From positions 1 to 64,000 of the forward strand of contig JAUCBJ010006799.1 of assembly GCA_032718475.1 (NCBI GenBank): a stretch of 64,000 nucleotides of DNA. Reading direction: 5' to 3'. Each line of letters opens with the position of its first letter. Position 1 is the first letter of the stretch. Shown here one piece after another: positions 12,301 to 20,126 of the stretch. Position numbers and translations under genes: made by a program. A model generated the notes under the pieces. That model worked only from the letters and a program-made list of their open reading frames with translations. It did no database searches and had not been told where the DNA came from. Source of the DNA: Nemertoderma westbladi (Eukaryota > Animalia > Xenacoelomorpha).

Positions 12301-15194
12301 CATTACAGAGTACAGTTCCTGACAACTTGGAACTACACTGTTTTTCTGACGCCAGTGACAACGGTTTTGGTGTGGCAGCGTATTTGCGCAGACAAGTAGA
12401 ATCGGACGAGTTCGATGTTTCGCTCATTACTTCCAAGGCTAAGACCATGCCTACTAAGTATATGACAACACCACGAGCCGAGCTACAAGCCGCGACCCTG
12501 TCAACCACCATCGTGAACCTCATACAGACAGAACTACAGTCGAGTTTACAGATATTTTATTGGACTGACGCGACGTTAGTTTTATTTTACATAAACAACG
12601 ACACTCTCGAATTCAAGACATTCGTAGCTAACCGTCGCGCGGAAATTCTAGACCGTTCAATAAAAGGGGATTGGCGACATTGTCCCGGACCACAAAACCC
12701 AGCTGATATTGCGTCGCGAGGAATGATGCCTGAGGAATTCTGTAAACCGGAGAACAAAGAGTTTTGGCAACACGGACCCCAGTTCTTGCAGAAATCGACA
12801 CAAGATTGGCCTCCGTTATACGACAACAAGTCCAACACCATTCCCAAGGACGCCGAAATCAAGAAACCAAAAAAGGGGAAGACAAAGAAAAAGACGACGG
12901 CGGCGAAACTCAAGAAAAAACCGAAGGCGAAATGGAAAGATATAACTTCAAAGGTCAAGAGAGGAAGACTTGCGAGCCTTTCTACACCAGACATATCGCC
13001 AGACGGTCAACCAGACATATCGCCAGACGGTCAACCAGACACGTTACTAGACAGCCAACCAGACATTTTGCCAGACATATCACAAAATGTTCCACCAGAC
13101 GTTAGTAACGCACTGACAAACAGTAAAGCCGCAGTTTCCCTATTGGAGCGGCCTTCTATTGACAAACAACCAGATACGTTACCAGACGTATCGCCAGACA
13201 CACTACTAGACAGTCGACTAGACACTAGTAATGTATTGACTAACAATAAAGCCGCAGTTTCCCTATTGGAGCGGCCTTGTATTGACAAACTACCAATTTT
13301 GACACACTTGAGCAACCATAAGCACGGTGAAACCTCATGTATTACAGATGTGGGTAGTACCTACGCTAATGTAAATACAGGTGTTACTTTGCGCTCAAGA
13401 GACATACCGAACCTACAACCTACGGTGAGACCTGGGATTAATGTCGGCAGGAAAATAAGTTTACCAAAACCTGCTGACCCCATAGAGTTCAAACCACCAT
13501 TAACGATCGACTTACAAAGTACTGACAATCAAGGTAAGAAGACAAAGAAGGACAAATTACTTGTAGACCCGGACGGATCAACAGTCAACAAGGGAATACT
13601 TACCGGCGGACCCGTGGGCCCTTCTAGTAATTCAAAACCTTCCAAGTTCTCCATTGACTTACCTGATGACGTCACAAATACTTATGTCGACCGTATTGTA
13701 AACTTAACAGACTCTTGGTCAAACGCTTGCCGAAAATTAGCGTGGATTGTACGTTTTGTACAATACGTTAAAGGCAAACGTGACTTCACACGTCGACTTA
13801 CATTGGCTGAGATTGACAGGTGTGAGATTAAATTAATTCGCCATTACCAACTGAGATATTTCGCGCGCGAATTCACATCTATAAGTCAAGGTCAACCAAT
13901 CAAGTCGTCACCAATACTGAGTTGGAGTCCGATTATTTATAATGGCTTAATTTGTCATAAATCTCGGCTTCAAAACATTGACTTTAACACAAACTTTAGG
14001 TACCCAATAATAATACCGCAACATCACGAACTACAACGTGCTATGATACTGGACGCACATTTACATCTGAAACACGCTGGAAGACACCACTGTCTTTCCT
14101 ACTTACGTACTAGATTTGTATTAATTAGACCCAGTAAAGCATTAAGTTCCGTGACACGTACGTGTATTATTTGTAAAAAGGTACATTCTAGAATAGGTAC
14201 CCAAGAAATGAGTGAACTACCACAAGCACGACTTCAAGCATTCAGACCACCTTTTACAGAGACTGGAATTGATTGCTTTGGTCCCATACATACGAAACGT
14301 GGACGTATACTAGTAAAACGCTGGGGACTGATTTTCACATGTATGTCCAGTAGGGCAGTTCACATTGAACGTGTGACGGATCTTTCCACCAACGCGTTTA
14401 TTCTAGCACTGCGGCGATTTATCGCTAGACGCGGACTAGTAAAATGCTTGTACTCAGACCAAGGGACAAACTTCGTTGGTGCTCGGAATGAGATTGCTAG
14501 AGCCTTTAAGAAATTAGATCATGATCAAATCTCGAACGAACTGCAACCTCACAAGATTGTTTGGAAGTTTAATCCTCCAGATAGTCCTTGGAGAGGCGGA
14601 GTCTGGGAGAGATTGATTAGATCTATCAAAACGGCCATGGCAAAGGTCATTCCAGTAAACCACATATTAACAGACGACCAACTGACAACATTGTTTGTTG
14701 AAATCGAGGCAATACTAAATACTAGACCAATAGTATTAGTACCCGATGACAAACAATCTCAGTTCGCTTTAACACCAGCACACCTGCTTATGCAGGCACC
14801 GACCACATTGACGCCGATTTCCATGCCAATGGAAAGCGATAGCTACGGGAGAAAAGCGTGGAAAATCACGCAACTACTGGCTAACAAATTCTGGGAAATA
14901 TGGCAAAACCATTATTTGCCCTCTATTTCTGCCAGAACAAACTGGTACAATAACACCCGCGCATTAAAGCCGGGAGATCACGTGCTGTTGGCGGAAGTGA
15001 ATCTAAAAAGACGCTTCTGGATAACAGGTGTCATTTTAGCCACACATCCATCTATGGATGGAGTGACAAGAACTGTGACGGTACGGACAATTGACGGTCG
15101 TACAGTAGACAGACCGACTCAACGTCTCGTACTTCTTGAAGAGACTCGTAACGAGTCTGGAGACTACAAATCTCCACCTAATACTAGTAAATAA
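9318..15194 (+). CDS. pol: BEL gag C-terminus plus Pol (3 Zn knuckles, aspartic protease, RT, RNase H, integrase), open for 1958 codons
   Basis: Knuckles CQYC..H..C, CWRCTRHGHVRKDC and CPSCGRNHDGLLH. Protease ILDSASSHSY. RT KVRVVNDCAA, DVEAMFHQV, FYVDD. RNase H FSDAS, PRAEL, FYWTD, NPADIASRG. Integrase HLHLKH..CIIC, TGIDCFGP, SDQGTNF, GGVWERL. Confidence 0.97.
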   Translation: MSASWVRLGVIREEPRRTQVTVLLKIIGRLHHRLRREWRKVEYQREERGGFLKLEDVYLLISREAVVETRSNYTDQHIVAEGITLPSSNRQKPQTTSTKTATYATPTESRQFSDGNRVSAPIGTKQTRQQLSTDFNGCQYCEHLGKRYIGHKLRGCRQFRELNSEERRLQIRPLDSCWRCTRHGHVRKDCPNTDTCPSCGRNHDGLLHTDSHTPTKRFAREHPEAAARCDAAYRKRESKTTPTFVTHIEDCFSEQSGSSDEESEDDEYSNGDEQPSIALLTTDQLKGFSVIPIKVTGTKGSKRIYAILDSASSHSYVDEKIADVVTDLRQGKHVSYTVSSMHGQRAIPVTRVKLDLDSLLPKSQHSERERSLLPFRDLTFAATKDFSNLLGPVPEQSLEDRKYFRHLGVPECPVNYRSVAMLIGTDQFNLHQVWETRPSAVVAGNAYACRTPIGWYTRAPVRTLDVSDEEDDVQSTCSLLTTNSIHSFSHDVNHTTLQSTKHDRRVTSMISHKEQLTHKVSLELGGKTNQLEIPSTTDDRLASLPTPITSTVPIDIDDDALKIHQLEQAALDKELTEKTIRWLEQDTAEPGSYDPCMSEQEKQSLKIMEDTIRQTEDGHYEVGMLWRSQSPKLINNYPLALRRLHSIRQRLLKDEKAHLQYNTQMETYLTKGYAIRMTNLERVTDQTYYLPHHYVRHPDKPDKVRVVNDCAALFEGMSLNSELMDGPNMNNYLMGVIMRFRQRQVAFTCDVEAMFHQVKALERDRDSLRFLWYPEGDLSLPPATYQMQVRVFGARDSPNCTMYALKQAARDQKHLYDPEIIRIVERDFYVDDGLQSCDTVERATTVAHQLRDCLASGGFNLTKFASNSAELVDSFGTTERGGGDIDLEFEPLPTTKVLGLFWDPNTDNFRVKVRLDSQGDTLTKRSCLSKLSRLFDPLGFISPVILQARIYMRSIWKDGLTWDEPISSDQVDLWKTWEAELSSLEDYFIPRVYFPLQSTVPDNLELHCFSDASDNGFGVAAYLRRQVESDEFDVSLITSKAKTMPTKYMTTPRAELQAATLSTTIVNLIQTELQSSLQIFYWTDATLVLFYINNDTLEFKTFVANRRAEILDRSIKGDWRHCPGPQNPADIASRGMMPEEFCKPENKEFWQHGPQFLQKSTQDWPPLYDNKSNTIPKDAEIKKPKKGKTKKKTTAAKLKKKPKAKWKDITSKVKRGRLASLSTPDISPDGQPDISPDGQPDTLLDSQPDILPDISQNVPPDVSNALTNSKAAVSLLERPSIDKQPDTLPDVSPDTLLDSRLDTSNVLTNNKAAVSLLERPCIDKLPILTHLSNHKHGETSCITDVGSTYANVNTGVTLRSRDIPNLQPTVRPGINVGRKISLPKPADPIEFKPPLTIDLQSTDNQGKKTKKDKLLVDPDGSTVNKGILTGGPVGPSSNSKPSKFSIDLPDDVTNTYVDRIVNLTDSWSNACRKLAWIVRFVQYVKGKRDFTRRLTLAEIDRCEIKLIRHYQLRYFAREFTSISQGQPIKSSPILSWSPIIYNGLICHKSRLQNIDFNTNFRYPIIIPQHHELQRAMILDAHLHLKHAGRHHCLSYLRTRFVLIRPSKALSSVTRTCIICKKVHSRIGTQEMSELPQARLQAFRPPFTETGIDCFGPIHTKRGRILVKRWGLIFTCMSSRAVHIERVTDLSTNAFILALRRFIARRGLVKCLYSDQGTNFVGARNEIARAFKKLDHDQISNELQPHKIVWKFNPPDSPWRGGVWERLIRSIKTAMAKVIPVNHILTDDQLTTLFVEIEAILNTRPIVLVPDDKQSQFALTPAHLLMQAPTTLTPISMPMESDSYGRKAWKITQLLANKFWEIWQNHYLPSISARTNWYNNTRALKPGDHVLLAEVNLKRRFWITGVILATHPSMDGVTRTVTVRTIDGRTVDRPTQRLVLLEETRNESGDYKSPPNTSK

Positions 15195-15790
15195 TTAGGA
15201 GTTTACAAATAGATTTCCACGTACCTGTACACCGTAGTAAGGACAGCGGTAGAATTCCATTGTCTTTATATGTGAACATTGAGGGTAGTACCCTTATGTG
15301 TCACATAGGAGCGGGATTTGTAGGTATAAGAAATGGAATTCTACTTGGAACTCACAATATTGAGACATTTTCGAAATTTTAGACAATCCATTTGGATTTG
15401 AAAAATTTTTAAAATTTTCTCCAGTGAATAGATTTCAGGGTACAGTCGGGTGGAACTTAAAATTAGAGAAACAAGAGAGGAAGACTTGCGAGCCTTTCTT
15501 AAAATTTTAATTAAATTTTACACGGTCTTGTTTCAATAAGTTACGTCAAAATAGACTCCCCTATATTTATTACTAATTCTTGATTGCTTATTTTCTGATA
15601 ATAGTTTGGGATCAAAAAGTGAGTATTTTAGACTCACGGCCAGTTTAGCCCAAATTCGTTTTTACTTCGGCAAAAATTTTAGATAAGAAGCAGCGTGTCA
15701 TTAAAGAAACCCTAGATCTTAGGCTATGGGTAGGAGGTTAGAGCGTTGTCGAGCCCAAAGGGCAGACGAAACTCTCACGTCTCCTCACAA

Positions 15791-15821
15791 CTAACTACAA
15801 ACTCTGTTGTATTCCCTCTAG
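15791..15821 (+). promoter_or_regulatory. Putative branch point and 3' splice acceptor for a subgenomic accessory-ORF mRNA
   Basis: CTAAC (15791-15795), then a pyrimidine-rich tract ctctgttgtattccctc and TAG (15819-15821), 30 nt before the ORF3 ATG. Confidence 0.55.
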
Positions 15822-15851
15822 TAGTAATGATTATGTAACTACACCCTAATT

Positions 15852-17702
15852 ATGGAGAAAGGGATACAAGGAGAGCCGAGATGGGGATATGATATCCAAG
15901 AGGAGGCAGCAGCGCCATTCGAAAGATTTGGAGCCAAGGATTATACTATATTTGGTATAAAAGAATTATCGGAAAGTACAGCGAAACTCGCGAGAACTAA
16001 ATATGACTCGAATGTATTAAAGAGAAGGCAAAACGCATTAAACGAAAGAATCGAAAGTTTGCGCCAAACCTTCAACGAACTTTACCCGTACGATGCTTTG
16101 TGTGATACGGGAGACATTAGCGAAGACCCCGATACTGAAATTAGTCGTTTGTATCATACCATGCAATACCTAAAGGCGCACGAACCTATGCCCGCGGTAC
16201 GCGATGAATTCGATGGAATGCATCTTTACAGACGAACTCGAGGGGACGATAGAGAAACCAAGGAAGCATTTTCAGTTTATAAACTTTATTATCAATGCGG
16301 TTCTTGTATGCGCGAACAACGAAATGCGATTCCGATGCGTTTGAATAAGGAAAATCCCGAACCGATATTGGCGAGGTGTTCGAATCATCAACAACTACGC
16401 TACCAGGAAGGAGGGTACCCTTTATCGAATCCATATCATTCAACGACACTCAATTTCCCTATTAGTATACCAGTCCGACAGGATACGACGTACGAAATAC
16501 CCATCGTGGATCATCCAGAAATCATTTCAAACTTGGAGTTTCTTCCTGCAGTTGTTTTCAGCGATATGAGTAAGATATATGATTTGCGTAGACATATTAC
16601 TCAAAAGGTCGTGAACAACGTTCCACCTCATATCCAAGATTTTAAGGAACTGGATAGAGCTGGTGCCGACATAGCTCCGAGTAATCTGAAAGGATATCTA
16701 ACCAAGACGATTCGTTTATGGATTGGAATCGGAACCTTCGAGTCGGATACGGATATTGCCGCAGATTGGCGAGGTAAGGTTATTCGTTTCGATGAGGATA
16801 AGGATATAGAGAAGATTTGGCAACCTTCGGAAGAATTGTTGGATGAATGGACTAGGACGTTTAGATCGTTTCAGGAAAACGGTTATATGTTTTACGATAA
16901 CGAGGGCGGCAGTCATCAGCAGAGTTTGACTTCTAAGACTATACAGATTAGAGCGGCGGACGGAGTCCTGCACGTTTTCAGTAGACAGAGGAGCGACAAA
17001 CGAATGCCGATACCTCCAGCGAATACAAAGCGACACCATCTTATCACCGATATAGTAAAGAAGATGGACCAAGCTTGTAATATTGACGCTAGAATGTTAC
17101 CGAAGATGGTAAGAAACATGATTTTAGATAAAACTGTTGTAAAGGTTGGATCAGGAGTAAGGGAGGATTTAATTAGCGACTTCGCCGGCATGACGGACAG
17201 CGATGACCGACTACCGACACCATACGTCGACACTCGACCTCTTATTCTGTGGTCTATAGAACAGGGATATTTTCGTGAGTATAATACTCAGAAGACTGGA
17301 ACTGGATACATTTCCTACCTGTTATTCAATTGGGATTATAAGGAAGGTAAAAGAAACAAGTATATTGAAACTTATGGAGAAGGTGATACTCCAGATATGA
17401 GTGAGTTTGAATCACAGCTTAAATGGAGAGGATGCGTGTATTGGGCTATTACGTCACCTCCAAGAGCGGTCTTACAATATTATTTAGCGATAGAGTCGTC
17501 AGTGAATGTTTGCCTAATCGCCGACATTGTGTCTCGGACTCTCAAAAGACATCCACTTTGTCTCGGAGAAGATCATACGTTCTACATGGAAGGGAGAATT
17601 CGTACCGACGTGTTTAGACGATTCCTTGAACCCTTCTACAACTCCGACGCTCAGTGTAATGCCTTTACTCGAGCAGGATTTAGCATATGTAGCATATGTT
17701 AG
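15852..17702 (+). CDS. Accessory ORF3: DEDDy/DnaQ-like (WRN/EXD2/RNase D-type) 3'-5' exonuclease-like protein with an N-terminal CxxC..CxxH motif
   Basis: WRGKVIRF strand. ExoI YMFYDNEG (D349, E351), then TIQIRAADGVLHVF. ExoII LPKMVRNMILDKTVVKVGSGVREDL (D439), then YVDTRPL. ExoIII-like W..SPPRAVLQYYLAIE (Y544, with E548 in place of D). Confidence 0.75.
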   Translation: MEKGIQGEPRWGYDIQEEAAAPFERFGAKDYTIFGIKELSESTAKLARTKYDSNVLKRRQNALNERIESLRQTFNELYPYDALCDTGDISEDPDTEISRLYHTMQYLKAHEPMPAVRDEFDGMHLYRRTRGDDRETKEAFSVYKLYYQCGSCMREQRNAIPMRLNKENPEPILARCSNHQQLRYQEGGYPLSNPYHSTTLNFPISIPVRQDTTYEIPIVDHPEIISNLEFLPAVVFSDMSKIYDLRRHITQKVVNNVPPHIQDFKELDRAGADIAPSNLKGYLTKTIRLWIGIGTFESDTDIAADWRGKVIRFDEDKDIEKIWQPSEELLDEWTRTFRSFQENGYMFYDNEGGSHQQSLTSKTIQIRAADGVLHVFSRQRSDKRMPIPPANTKRHHLITDIVKKMDQACNIDARMLPKMVRNMILDKTVVKVGSGVREDLISDFAGMTDSDDRLPTPYVDTRPLILWSIEQGYFREYNTQKTGTGYISYLLFNWDYKEGKRNKYIETYGEGDTPDMSEFESQLKWRGCVYWAITSPPRAVLQYYLAIESSVNVCLIADIVSRTLKRHPLCLGEDHTFYMEGRIRTDVFRRFLEPFYNSDAQCNAFTRAGFSICSIC

Positions 17703-19222
17703 CATATGTGTATCTTCGCTGTGCGGGATCTCTTATCGAAAGACCATCTATGTTTACATTGTTACCCTATGAAGGAGAACGTATTGTGGAAATTACGGAT
17801 GAATCACGGCAGACGCGCGCGCCTATCGGTCACCTCGGTGATGATTTCAACGTAACTACTACGATCGCCGACGATCCTTTAGAGGAACTTCTTGAGATAG
17901 AAAGGAACCTCCCGAAGAAATCTCAGACGGAGATTCGACAACTTGAAGCAACAGATGCTATAGTTTGCATACAACCTTCAGAAACCTACCAACCCATAGA
18001 CCCAGATGATTACGATTATAGTGTGGGAGGAAGCGCTCGACCGATTGGAGATCTTATATACGAACGAGTGTGGTACCCTGCTAATACGATGTGTAGTAAA
18101 TGTGGCGTCGCTGGACATCATATGGCAAAGTGCAGTGGAAAGCACATTACTACGACTCAGCTAATCTGTGGATGGTGTGGGGATCAAGGGTCTCATACCT
18201 TTTATACTTGCTGGAGATTTATGGCTCAGTGTACTTACTGCAATATAAAGGGACATCGAGCATCTGAATGCCAACTAAGGGACATACCTTATGAACACGA
18301 ATCTGTAAAACTCGTGAGGAAGTTATTTGATGAGTGGGAAGATTTAGCCGACGAACATGTATCAGCACAAAGAAGACGGTTTCCGATGAGAGCGCATCTT
18401 GGATTTTGGGCGGTGAATCCTCAAACGATGATGTCGGAAGGATACATCTCCGCTATGCCCCAATATGACGAACTTATCGAGGTTGTCGATATTTTGCCCC
18501 ACGACAGCGGATTTCGAGTGGTGCGCGAGTATCTGTTACAGATTCACCCAGATAACAAAAACACGTGGAATTTTCAGAAAGTCGTAAATCGTATCACGTA
18601 TGGTGAATTTGATCGTTTCCGAACCGAAAAGCGGAATAAAGGAGCTTGGTTAACCGTCGCATGGGCGTACCGAGCCGCGTTTTACCATAAACGTATACGA
18701 GCGAGCGTATTCGAGGAAGAAGAGGTCCTAGAGGCGACGAATATACCAGCCACTCCGGTTGCGCCGTCTGCACGTCACCCTCGGGAGGACGGGCAGGGTA
18801 GGATCATACGGGTCCAGAAGGTGGGCCAACAATTGAAGAAAATTATTAATGTAGAAGAACGCAAGGGAGTTGAGCCGACTATTCGAGTTACTCGGGATAC
18901 GGTATCACTTCCAAGAGAACCGGTAGGAGGATCGGGACATACACCAGCTGATCAACAGGGGGCGCAAGCTACTCTCGGGTCTGCGTCGTCCGCTTCTCAC
19001 GCGTTCCCAGACGTTCTACCAACTGTAGCGACAACTGATCGGTCACGAGGAATTGGTCGAGGTTTTGGGATGCCAAATAGACGAATTTGCGAGGAAATAG
19101 TCGCACCGTCTCTCAACGTCCCAAATAAACCAGTGACTCGCCCCATTAGTCCCATATCGCGAGCAAAGTCACCTGTGCGCAGTTTTCGAGGACGCGGCAG
19201 GGCTCGATCTATTAAGCGATAA
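17696..19222 (+). CDS. Accessory ORF4: three clustered CCHC zinc knuckles and a disordered RG-rich C-terminus
   Basis: CSKCGVAGHHMAKC (from aa133), CGWCGDQGSHTFYTC (aa158), CTYCNIKGHRASEC (aa179). C-terminal RSRGIGRG and RSFRGRGRAR. Confidence 0.8.
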   Translation: MLAYVYLRCAGSLIERPSMFTLLPYEGERIVEITDESRQTRAPIGHLGDDFNVTTTIADDPLEELLEIERNLPKKSQTEIRQLEATDAIVCIQPSETYQPIDPDDYDYSVGGSARPIGDLIYERVWYPANTMCSKCGVAGHHMAKCSGKHITTTQLICGWCGDQGSHTFYTCWRFMAQCTYCNIKGHRASECQLRDIPYEHESVKLVRKLFDEWEDLADEHVSAQRRRFPMRAHLGFWAVNPQTMMSEGYISAMPQYDELIEVVDILPHDSGFRVVREYLLQIHPDNKNTWNFQKVVNRITYGEFDRFRTEKRNKGAWLTVAWAYRAAFYHKRIRASVFEEEEVLEATNIPATPVAPSARHPREDGQGRIIRVQKVGQQLKKIINVEERKGVEPTIRVTRDTVSLPREPVGGSGHTPADQQGAQATLGSASSASHAFPDVLPTVATTDRSRGIGRGFGMPNRRICEEIVAPSLNVPNKPVTRPISPISRAKSPVRSFRGRGRARSIKR

Positions 19223-19259
19223 AAGGGAGGGCAAGGGTGGACGGAAGACTCGTGAGCCT

Positions 19260-20100
19260 TTCTTATGATTTGTGATTTATTTGAATTATATGTTTTATAT
19301 TTAGAAAGTTTTGTATTCTGAAAGGGACTCATATTTAGTAAAAACTTATATTTTATATTTGTGCTTATTCCAAACTTATGCAATTTGTATTGTTCCGAAT
19401 TTATGAAATTTAGAAAGTTTAGAAGGAACTTATATTTGAAAGATTTATGTTTCATATTTGAGATGCAAAGGTTTATATTATTCTAAACTTATGCAGTTTA
19501 TATCTATATTTAGTAAGACTACCCAAAGAGAGTTTATATTTGTAAGAATTTATATTTATATTTGTAATTATTCCGAACTTATACAATTTATATTATTCCA
19601 AACTTATGCAATTTGTATTGTTCCGAATATTATGCAATTTATATTTTATAAGCAGTATTTGTACCTAAAGAGAAAGTTTTATAGACAGAAAATTTTGTGC
19701 TCAGAAAGACTCATATTTGTAATTATTCCAAACTTATGCAATCTACATTTAGGTACGAAAGTATTTGTAATTACTTGAATTTATGCAATATTTGAGATGC
19801 AATAGTAGATGGAAGACTCGCGAGCCTTTCTTATTGTTTTCATTTATTTGTATTTGTAATTGTTTGAATTTATGCAATATCTGAGATGCAATAGATTTAT
19901 ATTGGTGAATTTAATTTAGATTTATATTGTACTTACTTAGTAAAGCCTTAAATACGTAAAGTTTAAATTTGTAATTATTTTGTATCGAATCATTACGTAG
20001 AAAGGAAGTATTGTTTGAAACTTAATTGTAAATATGTAAGTACGCCCTAAGTATTCTATAGTTTGATTGATTATTGGTGAAAACCGTATATTTTATGCAC
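19260..20100 (+). repeat. AT-rich 3' UTR with dispersed TATTCC(A/G)AA(C/T)TTATGCAAT repeats
   Basis: The motif recurs at about 19366, 19477, 19569, 19594, 19723, 19775 and 19863. Confidence 0.7.
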
Positions 20101-20126
20101 GATAATATCCTGTTTTCATGGAGCGG

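Noticed and set aside
15852-19222. Accessory ORFs as an env gene
   Set aside because: No signal peptide, transmembrane helix or fusion-protein pattern is visible. Nuclease and knuckle motifs are present instead.
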